From the NCBI GenBank assembly GCA_019120545.1, contig DWUX01000197.1, forward strand, positions 16,767 through 80,766: DNA of 64,000 nt, in the 5' to 3' direction. The position numbers and the translations under genes were made by a program. Shown here one piece after another: positions 41,427-51,464 of the stretch. The DNA comes from Candidatus Blautia stercoripullorum (lineage in GTDB: Bacteria; Bacillota; Clostridia; Lachnospirales; Lachnospiraceae). The notes under the pieces are model-generated. The model was not told the origin of the DNA. It ran no database searches and saw only the letters and a list, made by a program, of their open reading frames with translations. Position 1 is the first letter of the stretch, and each line of letters opens with the position of its first letter.

Positions 41427-41529
41427 AAATCCGAGTCCTGTAAAGAGGAAACAGGACCATGCCGAGATGATCTTTCGGCGAGGGTATTGACCGCTTGAAT
41501 CAATGCCTCCCGTGTTTGGAAAGGATTTT
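41427..41529 (+). promoter_or_regulatory. Moco/Tuco RNA motif (molybdenum/tungsten cofactor riboswitch candidate)
   Basis: AAATCCGAG...GCCTCCCGT...TGGAAAGG conserved segments. Closing stem AAATCC/GGATTT with internal hairpins. Lies upstream of aor. Confidence 0.78.
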
Positions 41530-41601
41530 CATGTAACAGCAGTTATGTCCTTTTATTTTCAGGACAGTTGGCTATTTGTGAAATGCAAGGGAGGGTAAGT
41601 T

Positions 41602-43404
41602 ATGGGTACGTCTTATAACGGAAAAATGGCCAGGATTAATCTGTCCACAGGCGAGATTCGGGTGGAGCCTCTGGACATGGAGCAGGCAGTAAAATTTATT
41701 GGCGGCAGAGGACTTGGAACCAAAATTTTATATGATGAAGGAGTGGCAAAAGCAGATCCTTTGTCTCCGGAAAACAAGCTGATCTATATTACAGGTCCGA
41801 TGACAGGCACTGCTTCCCCTACTGCGGGACGGTATATGGTAGTGACCAGATCACCTCTTACCGGAATGATCGCATGTTCCAATTCCGGGGGAAAATGGGG
41901 AGGAAAGCTGAAGTATGCAGGATGGGACGGATTGATCGTAGAAGGAAAAGCAGAGCAACCGGTTTATATCCATGTTGAGGATGATAAGATCCAGATCCTG
42001 GATGGGACTCCCTATGCGGGAATGATGAGCGAGGCGGTGGATGACGCCTTAAAGGCAGTCCATCCCGGATGTTCCGTATTGAATATCGGTCCTGCGGGAG
42101 AGCATCTTTCTCTTCTGGCTGCTATTATGAATGACAAAGACAGAGCAGCGGGAAGAAGCGGGGTAGGCGCGGTCATGGGTTCTAAAAATCTGAAAGCTAT
42201 CACAGTAACAGCCAGCAGAAAGGTAATACCTCCTTATGATGAAGCTGCTTTAAAAGAGGCTTCCCGGGAGTGCGGTCATATGCTCCGGGAAAACGGAGTG
42301 ACCGGCGGCGGACTTCCCACCTATGGAACGGCAGTTCTGGTAAACATCATTAATAATACCGGTTCTTTCCCTACAAGGAACTGGCAGGGATCTTATTTTG
42401 AAGATGCAGATGATATTTCCGGGGAAACTCTGAAAGATACATATCTTGTAAGGAATGCGGCATGTCACCGCTGCCCTATTGCCTGCGGAAGAGTCGTAAA
42501 GATCGACGACAAGGTAGTAGGAGGACCGGAATACGAGCCTTTGTGGGCTTATGGTGGAAACTGCGGATTAAAAGATCTGGATGCTATTGACCGGGCCAAT
42601 ATGTGGTGTAATGAATATGGCCTGGACGCTATCTCTACTCCCTGTACCATCGCCGCGGCTATGGAGCTTTATCAGATGGGCGTCATCACAGAAGAGGAAT
42701 GCGAGGGTGTTCCTCTGGTGTGGGGAAGCTCGGAAGCTATTATTGAATGGACGAAGCGTATGGGAGAGGGAAGCAGTCCTCTGGCAAGGCTTATGGCAGA
42801 CGGATCCTATCGTCTTTGTGAGCACTATGGACATCCGGAGATATCCATGAGTGTGAAAAAGCAGGAAATGCCTGCCTATGACGCCCGCGGGATTCAGGGA
42901 ATCGGTATTACCTATGCTACCAGCAATCGGGGCGGCTGTCATGTCCGGGGGTATCTGATCTCGCCGGAGGTGCTGGGTCTGCCTGAACAGCTGGACCGGA
43001 CCACGATAGAAGGAAAGGCGAAATGGTGTATGACTTTCCAGGATCTGACCGCGGTGATCGATTCCATGGGGCTGTGCCTGTTCTCATCTTTCGCTCTTGG
43101 AGCGCCTCAGTATGCAAAACTTCTTAATGCAGCTACAGGAACGGAGTATACCCCTCAACAGCTGTTAGAAGTAGGAGAAAGGATCTATAATCTGGAAAGA
43201 CTGTTTAATAAGGCAGCGGGAATGAAGCCGGAAGATGACCGTCTGCCCAAGAGGCTGATGGAAGAACCCATTAAAGAAGGACCTTCCAAAGGTATGGTCA
43301 GCCAGATCAAGCTGACCTTGCCTCAGTATTACCAGGCAAGAGGCTGGATAGATGCATTTCCTACAAAAGAGACCCTGGACAGACTGGGACTTGAAGAACA
43401 GTAA
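41602..43404 (+). CDS. aor: Tungsten-dependent aldehyde:ferredoxin oxidoreductase
   Basis: FIGGRGLG, SPLTG, SNSGG, AAGRSGVGAVMGSKNLKA, CHRCPIAC Fe-S motif, GPEYE and RGGCH; 600 aa. Confidence 0.93.
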   Translation: MGTSYNGKMARINLSTGEIRVEPLDMEQAVKFIGGRGLGTKILYDEGVAKADPLSPENKLIYITGPMTGTASPTAGRYMVVTRSPLTGMIACSNSGGKWGGKLKYAGWDGLIVEGKAEQPVYIHVEDDKIQILDGTPYAGMMSEAVDDALKAVHPGCSVLNIGPAGEHLSLLAAIMNDKDRAAGRSGVGAVMGSKNLKAITVTASRKVIPPYDEAALKEASRECGHMLRENGVTGGGLPTYGTAVLVNIINNTGSFPTRNWQGSYFEDADDISGETLKDTYLVRNAACHRCPIACGRVVKIDDKVVGGPEYEPLWAYGGNCGLKDLDAIDRANMWCNEYGLDAISTPCTIAAAMELYQMGVITEEECEGVPLVWGSSEAIIEWTKRMGEGSSPLARLMADGSYRLCEHYGHPEISMSVKKQEMPAYDARGIQGIGITYATSNRGGCHVRGYLISPEVLGLPEQLDRTTIEGKAKWCMTFQDLTAVIDSMGLCLFSSFALGAPQYAKLLNAATGTEYTPQQLLEVGERIYNLERLFNKAAGMKPEDDRLPKRLMEEPIKEGPSKGMVSQIKLTLPQYYQARGWIDAFPTKETLDRLGLEEQ

Positions 43405-43424
43405 ATCCAGAATTTGACAATGGG

Positions 43425-43458
43425 AAACGGAGCCGCTTAAATCGTGGCTCCGTTTTTT
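43425..43458 (+). terminator. Intrinsic terminator between aor and moaD
   Basis: AAACGGAGCC-N11-GGCTCCGTTT followed by TTT. Confidence 0.7.
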
Positions 43459-43482
43459 AGCATAAAGGGACAGGAGAAAGTT

Positions 43483-43704
43483 ATGATAGAGGTACGTTTA
43501 TTTGCGACTTTTCGTGAAGGAAGGGAAAAGATCAGCTATGTAGAATCTGAGAAAGCGAAAAATGGAGAGGATATATGCAGATTATATCAGATCCCCTGTG
43601 AGGAAGTGGCGATCTTCCTTATTAACGGCAGGCATTCGGACCTTCAGAAACCAATAAAGGACGGGGATATCCTTGCTCTTTTTCCTCCTGTAGGAGGTGG
43701 CTGA
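43483..43704 (+). CDS. moaD: MoaD/ThiS sulfur carrier
   Basis: 73 aa ubiquitin-like fold ending in PPVGGG. Confidence 0.88.
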   Translation: MIEVRLFATFREGREKISYVESEKAKNGEDICRLYQIPCEEVAIFLINGRHSDLQKPIKDGDILALFPPVGGG

Positions 43705-43706
43705 AC

Positions 43707-44456
43707 ATGTATGAAAGGCAGATGATCCTTCCGGAAATCGGAGAAGAAGGACAAAGGCGCATCAGAGAAAGCCGGGTCACCGTGATAGGGGCAGGAGGGC
43801 TGGGGTCTCCCGCGGCATTGTATCTCTGGTATGCCGGCGTGGGAAAACTGAGGATCATAGATGGAGACAGGGTTTCTCTGTCTAATCTGAACCGCCAGAT
43901 CCTATATGGAAAGGAGGATCTGGGGAAAGCAAAAAGCCAGAGTTCTGTCAGACATCTTTCAGATCTGAGAAAAGGTGAAGGACAGGAAGCAGAAGGAATA
44001 GAATGTTTTTTTAAGGAAGAAAACGGAAGGGAACTACTGGCAGATTCTCAGGTAGTCGTTGACTGTGTGGACAATCAGAAAACCAGACTGGCGGCAAATA
44101 AGATCTGTATTTCCATGGGAATCCCTCTGGTAGAAGGAGGCGTACATGGATTTTACGGCTATGTGATGACGGTCGGAAAGGACAGCGCCTGCCTTGGCTG
44201 TCTGGGCTATAGGCGAGAAGAGGGCAGAGATGATGTTCCGGCTTTGGGACCGGCGGCAGGAGTGATCGGGAGCCTTCAGGCTATGGAAGCTCTGAAACTG
44301 ATCACAGGGGCAGGAAAACCTTTATATAACAGGATCCTTTCCTATGATGGTCTGGAAGGAGAGTTCGATATAGTGCCGGTATTTCCTGATCCGGAGTGCC
44401 CTTTTCATCAAAGAAAGACTGACAGAATAAAAAAGAGAAACGGGGAAGCCTTATGA
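43707..44456 (+). CDS. moeB: MoeB/ThiF adenylyltransferase
   Basis: YERQ, GAGGLGS, DGDRVSLSNLNRQ, DCVDN and CLGC. Confidence 0.9.
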   Translation: MYERQMILPEIGEEGQRRIRESRVTVIGAGGLGSPAALYLWYAGVGKLRIIDGDRVSLSNLNRQILYGKEDLGKAKSQSSVRHLSDLRKGEGQEAEGIECFFKEENGRELLADSQVVVDCVDNQKTRLAANKICISMGIPLVEGGVHGFYGYVMTVGKDSACLGCLGYRREEGRDDVPALGPAAGVIGSLQAMEALKLITGAGKPLYNRILSYDGLEGEFDIVPVFPDPECPFHQRKTDRIKKRNGEAL

Positions 44457-45427
44457 TCGACAGATTTGGAAGAAAAATTGACTATGTACGGATTTCGGTA
44501 ACAGACAGATGTAATCTTCGCTGCTGTTACTGTATGCCTGAGGAGGGAGTTCCTATGGTGGACCATGAAGATATCCTCAGGTACGGGGAGATTGTAAAGC
44601 TTGCGGAGATTTTTGCTTCTCTGGGTATTGAGAAGATCAAACTCACCGGAGGAGAACCTTTAGTAAGGAAAGATCTATGGCAGCTGACAAAAAAGCTCAA
44701 AGAGATCCCCGGTATACGTCAGGTGACATTGACAACAAATGGGATCCTTCTAAAGGAACAGATGAGGGAACTTGCGCAGGCTGGGATAGATGGAGTGAAT
44801 ATCAGTCTGGATACACTGAGAGAGGAAGAGTATTATCAGATTTCCCGGAGAAGAGAACTGAAACGGGCGTGGGAAGGATTTCAGGAAGCTTTAAAATATC
44901 CGGAAGTAACGGTAAAGATCAACTGCGTCCCTATGGGGCAGGATACAGAAAGTCTTCTGGAAATCGGAGCCTTGGCAAAAGATTATCCTGTTCATGTAAG
45001 ATTTATTGAGATGATGCCTATCGGGCTGGGAAAAGAATGGAAAGGTAAAACAGAAAAAGAGATAAAAGAACTGCTGGAAAACAGGTTTGGCAGGTGCAGG
45101 CCCTTTCAGGGAGTTTTGGGAAATGGACCTGGTCACTATATTTCTTTTGAAGGCTTTCAGGGAAAGATCGGGTTCATCAGTGCGGTGAGTCATAAATTCT
45201 GCAGTTCCTGCAACCGGATACGGCTGACCTCCCAGGGCTATTTAAAGTCCTGCCTCCAGTATGATATAGGGGAGGATCTCAGAGAGCCTCTGAGAAGAGG
45301 TGAACCGGAGGAAAAAATAAAAGCCCTTATTGTAAAGGCGATAGAAAAAAAGCCGGAAGGCCATATGTTCGGTCTGGCAAACAAAGAAAATCAGGAACAG
45401 AAGATCATGTCCCAGATTGGAGGATAA
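44453..45427 (+). CDS. moaA: GTP 3',8-cyclase (radical SAM)
   Basis: CNLRCCYC, TGGEPL, FIEMMP, FCSSCNRIRLT and a C-terminal IGG. Confidence 0.95.
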   Translation: MIDRFGRKIDYVRISVTDRCNLRCCYCMPEEGVPMVDHEDILRYGEIVKLAEIFASLGIEKIKLTGGEPLVRKDLWQLTKKLKEIPGIRQVTLTTNGILLKEQMRELAQAGIDGVNISLDTLREEEYYQISRRRELKRAWEGFQEALKYPEVTVKINCVPMGQDTESLLEIGALAKDYPVHVRFIEMMPIGLGKEWKGKTEKEIKELLENRFGRCRPFQGVLGNGPGHYISFEGFQGKIGFISAVSHKFCSSCNRIRLTSQGYLKSCLQYDIGEDLREPLRRGEPEEKIKALIVKAIEKKPEGHMFGLANKENQEQKIMSQIGG

Positions 45428-45429
45428 AT

Positions 45430-45870
45430 ATGGGAACAGTGAAAGCGGTATGTATCAGTGAAAAGAAAGGAACTCCTAAAAAGAATATAGGAGAGGCTTT
45501 ATTTATAGAGGATTACGGCGTGGAGAAAGACGCTCATGCAGGAAAATGGCATCGCCAGGTAAGTCTGCTTTCTTATGAATCCATCGAGGATTTTAAGAAG
45601 AGAGGGGCTGTGGTGGAGGACGGCGCCTTTGGGGAAAACCTTATAGTTTCAGGTTTTGACTTTAAAAATCTCCCGGTGGGGACCAGATTTATATGCGGGG
45701 ATGTAGTGCTGGAAATGACCCAGATCGGCAAACAGTGCCACCAGGGATGTGCGATCCAGAAAATAACAGGAGACTGTATTATGCCCCGGGAGGGAGTTTT
45801 TGCCAGAGTCCTGAAAGGAGGAAGGATTTCTGTGGGGGATGAAATGAGGATCCTGGAGGATGACCGATAA
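45430..45870 (+). CDS. Stand-alone MOSC domain protein
   Basis: DAHAGKWHRQVSLL, GAFGENL, TQIGKQCH and MPREGVFARV. Confidence 0.9.
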   Translation: MGTVKAVCISEKKGTPKKNIGEALFIEDYGVEKDAHAGKWHRQVSLLSYESIEDFKKRGAVVEDGAFGENLIVSGFDFKNLPVGTRFICGDVVLEMTQIGKQCHQGCAIQKITGDCIMPREGVFARVLKGGRISVGDEMRILEDDR

Positions 45871-45933
45871 GGAGAAGGCTTCTAGAGCAGTGATAAACTG
45901 CAGAAGATAAATTAAAAAAAGGGAGGTTTTTAC

Positions 45934-46872
45934 ATGAGAAAAAAAACTGTAGGGATGCTTTTGGGAATGGTGATGGTCTTCAGTCTGACAGCGGGATGCG
46001 GCGGACAGTCACAGGAAAATCACAATGACACAGCCGGGGAAACCGGCAAAGAAGAGCAGACGGCGCAGGAAACGGAAGAAAGCAAGGACCAGGAAGCGTC
46101 TGTACAGAAGGACAAGGGGCAGTTGATGATGGCAACGACTACCAGTACAGCAGATACCGGACTGCTGGACTATCTGGCGCCGATCTTCCAGGAAGATACC
46201 GGCTATGAACTTCTCTGGGATGCAGTAGGAACAGGAGAAGCTTTGAAAATGGGAGAAAACGGGGATGTGGACATTGTACTGGTCCATGCAAAAGCCAGCG
46301 AGGAAGAATTTGTCAATAACGGATATGGAGTAGAGAGATTCCCGGTTATGTACAATGATTTTATTGTTGTAGGGCCTGCAGAACCCATAGCCGCGACTGA
46401 AGATATCCGGACGGTTTTTCAACAGATTATAGATGAACAGCTTTCCTTCGTTTCCAGAGGAGACGACTCAGGAACGGATAAAAAGGAAAAGACGATCTGG
46501 GCGGATCTGGGACTGGATCCGGCACAGGATCCGAATTATCTGGAATCCGGACAGGGCATGGGCGCTACGCTTACTATGGCGGGAGAGATGCAGGCCTACT
46601 GTCTTACAGATAGAGGCACGTATCTGAAAATGAAAAAAGATGCGGATGTTCCCCTGGATCTGGAGATCGTCTGCCAGGGAGATGAAAATCTTCTGAATCA
46701 ATATGGGGTTATCGCAGTGAATCCGGAAAAGTATCCGGAAGTAAATAACGAAGGAGCCAACGCTTTTATTGAATGGATCTGTTCTGATGAAATACAGAAA
46801 CTGATCGGAGAGTATGGAGTAGAAGAATATGGAGAGGCTTTGTTTGTTCCAAATGCGGGAACGGATGCATAA
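45934..46872 (+). CDS. tupA: Tungstate ABC transporter substrate-binding lipoprotein
   Basis: Lipobox TAGC and the TupA signature ATTTSTADTGLL. GTGEAL and SRGDDSGT. Confidence 0.92.
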   Translation: MRKKTVGMLLGMVMVFSLTAGCGGQSQENHNDTAGETGKEEQTAQETEESKDQEASVQKDKGQLMMATTTSTADTGLLDYLAPIFQEDTGYELLWDAVGTGEALKMGENGDVDIVLVHAKASEEEFVNNGYGVERFPVMYNDFIVVGPAEPIAATEDIRTVFQQIIDEQLSFVSRGDDSGTDKKEKTIWADLGLDPAQDPNYLESGQGMGATLTMAGEMQAYCLTDRGTYLKMKKDADVPLDLEIVCQGDENLLNQYGVIAVNPEKYPEVNNEGANAFIEWICSDEIQKLIGEYGVEEYGEALFVPNAGTDA

Positions 46873-46887
46873 GACCTGGAGAGATAT

Positions 46888-47574
46888 ATGCTGAAGACAT
46901 TATTTGACGAGATTTTTTCTGATGTGGGAGTTTACAGCGCGATCCTGGTCACTTTCCGTATGGCTGTGACTTCTACATTTCTTTCAGCAGTACTTGGAAC
47001 ATTTCTGGGCCTGGTCATGGAGAGATATTCTTTTCCGGGAAAAAGGCTGGCAGTCCGTATTAACAGGACTCTTATGGGAGTCCCGCCTGTAGTGGTGGGA
47101 CTCCTGGTTTATATGCTGACTATGAGAAGAGGACCTTTGGGAAAACTGGAATTGCTTTTTACCGTAGAAGGGATGATCCTGGCTCAGACCATCATTATTA
47201 CGCCTATTATCTGTGGAATGGTATATACCTATGCCGCCAAGACCGCCCCGGGGATCCGGGTATTTGCAAAGACTATGGGAGCGGGAAAACTACAGACGGA
47301 TCTGCTGCTGCTTAAAGAAATGAAACATGAGATCTATTTTGCTGTTGTCACAGGTTTTGGACGATCGATCAGTGAAGTAGGCGCTGTCATGCTGGTAGGA
47401 GGGAATATCAAAGGCCACACCCGGACTATGACTACAGCAATTTCATTGTTGAAAAGCCAGGGGATTTTTACGGAAGGACTTACCCTGGGGATCCTGCTGC
47501 TGATCATGGCCTTTATTCTTCAATGTATGGCTGATTTTTTCCGGAAGGAGTCGCAGGAAGATGAAAATTATTAA
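46888..47574 (+). CDS. tupB: Tungstate ABC transporter permease
   Basis: GVPPVVVGL...RRGPLG, FGRSISEVGAVMLVGGNIKG and TRTMTTAI. Confidence 0.9.
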   Translation: MLKTLFDEIFSDVGVYSAILVTFRMAVTSTFLSAVLGTFLGLVMERYSFPGKRLAVRINRTLMGVPPVVVGLLVYMLTMRRGPLGKLELLFTVEGMILAQTIIITPIICGMVYTYAAKTAPGIRVFAKTMGAGKLQTDLLLLKEMKHEIYFAVVTGFGRSISEVGAVMLVGGNIKGHTRTMTTAISLLKSQGIFTEGLTLGILLLIMAFILQCMADFFRKESQEDENY

Positions 47575-48268
47575 TGTGGAGAAAAAGATCGGCGGTTTTG
47601 TTCTGGAAACCGGCTGCGTCCAAATAGAGACCGGCTGTATCCATGGATTTATCGGCAGTAATGGCAGCGGGAAAACTACGCTGGCGAAACTGATCATGGG
47701 AATCCTGGAGCCGGACAGAGGCAGGATCGATTATGGAGATCTTACCATGAGGGATATCACCATGACCAGCCAGAGGCCCTATCTCCTTCATGACACAGTG
47801 TATGAAAATATTGTATATCCTCTGAAGATCCGCAGGATCAAACCGGATAAAAGAGCTGTGCTTGAGATGCTTGAGGCATGCGGTATGGGCGGAAAGGAGA
47901 AACAGAGCGCCAGAAGCCTTTCAAGCGGTGAACGGCAGAAAGTGTCTATGCTCCGCGCCATGTGTTTTCACCCCCGTCTGGTGATCATAGATGAAACCTT
48001 ATCTAATCTGGATCCGGACAGCGTGGATTTTTTTGAAAAGCAGATCCGGAAGATGAACCAGGAAGAAGAAAACACCTGGATCCTGATCAGTCACCGCCTC
48101 AGTCACATAGGAAAAATGTGCGGGAGGATCCATGCTCTGGATAAGGGAAAAATTGTTCAAAGCGGCAGAGCGGAAGAGGTATTGTTTCATTCTCCGGTTC
48201 CGGAGGTACAGAGATTTCTAAAGGGAGAGATGCTTTCTTTTCCCGGAACGGATATAAATGAAAGATGA
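47561..48268 (+). CDS. tupC: Tungstate ABC transporter ATPase
   Basis: GSNGSGKT, LSSGERQK and IDETLSNLD. Confidence 0.85.
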   Translation: MKIINVEKKIGGFVLETGCVQIETGCIHGFIGSNGSGKTTLAKLIMGILEPDRGRIDYGDLTMRDITMTSQRPYLLHDTVYENIVYPLKIRRIKPDKRAVLEMLEACGMGGKEKQSARSLSSGERQKVSMLRAMCFHPRLVIIDETLSNLDPDSVDFFEKQIRKMNQEEENTWILISHRLSHIGKMCGRIHALDKGKIVQSGRAEEVLFHSPVPEVQRFLKGEMLSFPGTDINER

Positions 48269-48286
48269 TTTAAGGGGGAACAGATT

Positions 48287-49519
48287 ATGAAACTTCTGAA
48301 GGTAGATACTCTGGAGCAGGCAAGAGAAAAACTGCTTGCCCAGATTACCTGGGATATGGGGAAAACAGAAAAGATCCCTGTAGAAAAAAGCGGGGGAAGG
48401 ATCCTGGCCTGTGATGTTCTGGCGGAAAGTCCTCTTCCCTATTTTCCAAGAGCCACAGTAGACGGTTATGGAGTGAGGGCGGCAGATACACAGGGAGCGG
48501 GAGAGAGTATACCGGTATTTTTGGAGGTGAAAGAAGAAGTAGAGATCGGTACAGTCCCTTCCGGCGAAATTACCGGAGGAACCTGCGCTTATGTACCTAC
48601 AGGGGGAATGATCCCCAGGGGAGCAGACGCCATGGTAATGGTTGAATATACAGAGCCTTTTGACACTTCTCACATAGCGGTCTACTCTTCGGTTCCTTCC
48701 GGTGCGGGGATCCTTCAGATCGGAGAAGATGTGGAAAAAGACCAGATCATTCTCACCAGGGGAACCAGGCTGGGGGCTGCGCAGATCGGAGCCCTGGCGG
48801 GAAACGGTATAAGAGAGGCAGAGGTCTATAAGCCTCTGAAAGTTACGATCCTATCTACGGGAGACGAGCTTACAGAGCCGGGCTGCCCTTTAAAACCAGG
48901 CTGTATTTACGACATCAATACCCCTGCTCTTGCCCGGATGGGAGAAGAAATGGGCTTTGAGATCGTACATACCCAGGTACTGCCGGATCGGGAAGCAGTG
49001 ATAGAACAGGCCCTGAGGCAGGGACTAAGGTCCAGTGATCTGATCGTGATCTCAGGAGGAAGCTCTCAGGGAAAAAAGGACATGACCAGCAGGATCCTGG
49101 ACAGGATTTCCAATCCCGGGGTTTTTACCCACGGGCTTGCTTTAAAACCGGGAAAACCAACGATCCTTGGGGTGGACAAAGAGTCTGAATCGGTTCTGAT
49201 GGGGCTTCCGGGGCATCCTGGCGCGGCCCTGGTGGTATTTCGCCTTCTGGCAGGCTGGCTGGAAAGACAGAGGACAGGCTGTCCCGAAAAGCCCAGGGTG
49301 CCGGCGGTGATGGAGAGTAACGTGCCGGCGGCTCCGGGTAAGGATACTATTTTAATGGTACGTCTTCTTCCGGGAGAAGGCGGCGTATATACAGCCCGGC
49401 CTGTGCTGGGAAAATCAGGACTTATGCGTACGCTTACTGGTTCGGACGGCTTTGTGAGGATTCCTTTGGGAAAAGAAGGGCTGAAAACAGGAGAAACCGT
49501 TACGGCAGAACTGCTTTAG
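48287..49519 (+). CDS. moeA: Molybdopterin metallotransferase MoeA
   Basis: ATVDGY, PTGGMIPRGADAMVMVE, STGDEL, SGGSSQG and KPGKP...GLPG. Confidence 0.92.
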   Translation: MKLLKVDTLEQAREKLLAQITWDMGKTEKIPVEKSGGRILACDVLAESPLPYFPRATVDGYGVRAADTQGAGESIPVFLEVKEEVEIGTVPSGEITGGTCAYVPTGGMIPRGADAMVMVEYTEPFDTSHIAVYSSVPSGAGILQIGEDVEKDQIILTRGTRLGAAQIGALAGNGIREAEVYKPLKVTILSTGDELTEPGCPLKPGCIYDINTPALARMGEEMGFEIVHTQVLPDREAVIEQALRQGLRSSDLIVISGGSSQGKKDMTSRILDRISNPGVFTHGLALKPGKPTILGVDKESESVLMGLPGHPGAALVVFRLLAGWLERQRTGCPEKPRVPAVMESNVPAAPGKDTILMVRLLPGEGGVYTARPVLGKSGLMRTLTGSDGFVRIPLGKEGLKTGETVTAELL

Positions 49520-49528
49520 GAGAGAAAA

Positions 49529-51439
49529 ATGGGAAAGAGAAATTTGTATTTAAAAACCATATCTTTGGAGGAAGCTCTGGAGAAATATGAAAAGGCGCTG
49601 GAAAAGGTCCTGACAAAGAAATGGGAGACCATTCCGGTAACAGAAAGCCTGGGGAGGGTAACAAAGGAGGCAGTTTATGCAAAATACTGCTCGCCCTTAT
49701 ATAATTCCGCCGCTATGGACGGCATTGGGGTAATTACAGAGAAAACAAAAGGAGCTACAGAGAGCAGCCCTGTAGAATTGGTGCAGGGGGAAGATTTTGT
49801 GCCGGTAGATACAGGAGATCCTGTTCATCTGCCTTATGACGGTGTGATCATGGCAGAAGATCTTCTGGAAACAGACAAAGAGGACCGGGTCCGGATCACG
49901 GAAGCGGCGGCTCCATGGCAGCATATCCGGCCGGTAGGGGAAGATATTGTGGCAGGGGAGATGATCCTGCCGGGACACCACAAAATCAGGGCGATTGACA
50001 TCGGAGTCCTTCTTTCTGCCGGTATCACGGAGATTTCTGTTGCCTGCCGTCCTTCGGTTGCGATTTTTCCTACAGGGACTGAGATGATCGAGCCGGGGGA
50101 AACTCCTGTGGAGGGAAGTATTATTGAATCCAATTCCAGGATGTTTGAAAACATGGCAAAGGAACAGGGGGCGGAAGCGGTACGCTTTCCTATACTTCCT
50201 GACGACTATGATACCATACGGGATGCGGTGGCCCGGGCCGCGGAAGAATATGATATGGTAGTGATCAATGCCGGCTCCAGCGCGGGGCGGGAAGATTATA
50301 CGGTCCATGTCTTAAGAGAACTGGGCGAAGTGATTGTCCATGGAGTGGCCGTTAAGCCTGGAAAACCGGTGATCCTGGCAGTGGTCAATAACAGGCCGGT
50401 AATAGGACTTCCCGGCTATCCTGTAAGCGCGTATATCGCCTTTGAAAATTTTGTCAGTCCTGTACTGGCAAAGATGGGAGACTTTCCCCAGGAGAAAAAG
50501 CCGGTAATACAGGGAGTGGTCACGAAACGGCTGGTTTCCAGTCTGAAGCACAGGGAATATGTCAGGGTAAAGGTAGGAAAAGTGGGAGATAAGCTGGTGG
50601 CCGCCCCTCTTGCCAGAGGCGCAGGAGCGGCAATGTCTCTGGTACGGGCAGACGGATTCTGTATCATACCCCAGAACAGCGAGGGGCTGGAAGCGGGAGA
50701 AGAAGCGGAAATCGAGCTTTACCGGGATCTTAGCCAGATTGAAAATACGCTGGTGATCATTGGCAGTCATGATCTGATCCTGGATATTATGGCAGATCTG
50801 ATGCCGCAGATACATCCGGGAATGTTCATATCCAGCACCCATGTAGGCAGCATGGGAGGCCTGATGGCTCTGAAAAGACAGGAAGCCCATATTGCCCCGG
50901 TTCATCTTCTGGATGAGACTACAGGAGTTTATAATGAGTCTTATCTGAAGAAAATGTTCAGGGAGCCTATGGTCCTGATCAAAGGTGTGGGAAGGATCCA
51001 GGGATTGATGGTAAAACCGGGGAATCCTTTGGGCATAACAGGAATTTCAGATCTGAGAAAAGGACGGTATGTAAACCGTCAGAGAGGCGCAGGCACCCGG
51101 ATCCTCCTGGATTATCTTCTGGGGAAAGAGGGAATTTCACCGGATGAAATATCAGGATATGGCTGTGAGGCCGCTACACATATGGCAGTTGCCGCACAGG
51201 TAGCCGGAGAAGGGGCGGATGCGGGTATGGGAGTCTATTCGGCAGCGAAGGCCATGGGCCTGGACTTTATTCCTGTGGGAAAGGAATCTTATGATTTTGC
51301 CCTCTATAAAAAAGATCTGGACACTCCTCTTGTCCAGGCATTTCTGGATATCCTCAGATCCGAAGCATTTCATAAAAAAATAGAAGAATTAGGAGGATAT
51401 TCCTGGGAAGAAGCCGGGGAGATCAGAGAAATCCTGTAA
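49529..51439 (+). CDS. moeA: MoeA fused to a C-terminal periplasmic-binding-protein (PBP) domain
   Basis: AAMDG, DTGDP and KPGKP...GLPGYP, then GSHD, VGSMGGL and NRQRGAGTRILLD. Confidence 0.9.
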   Translation: MGKRNLYLKTISLEEALEKYEKALEKVLTKKWETIPVTESLGRVTKEAVYAKYCSPLYNSAAMDGIGVITEKTKGATESSPVELVQGEDFVPVDTGDPVHLPYDGVIMAEDLLETDKEDRVRITEAAAPWQHIRPVGEDIVAGEMILPGHHKIRAIDIGVLLSAGITEISVACRPSVAIFPTGTEMIEPGETPVEGSIIESNSRMFENMAKEQGAEAVRFPILPDDYDTIRDAVARAAEEYDMVVINAGSSAGREDYTVHVLRELGEVIVHGVAVKPGKPVILAVVNNRPVIGLPGYPVSAYIAFENFVSPVLAKMGDFPQEKKPVIQGVVTKRLVSSLKHREYVRVKVGKVGDKLVAAPLARGAGAAMSLVRADGFCIIPQNSEGLEAGEEAEIELYRDLSQIENTLVIIGSHDLILDIMADLMPQIHPGMFISSTHVGSMGGLMALKRQEAHIAPVHLLDETTGVYNESYLKKMFREPMVLIKGVGRIQGLMVKPGNPLGITGISDLRKGRYVNRQRGAGTRILLDYLLGKEGISPDEISGYGCEAATHMAVAAQVAGEGADAGMGVYSAAKAMGLDFIPVGKESYDFALYKKDLDTPLVQAFLDILRSEAFHKKIEELGGYSWEEAGEIREIL

Positions 51440-51464
51440 GATCATACGAAAGGAAGGACGGAAA

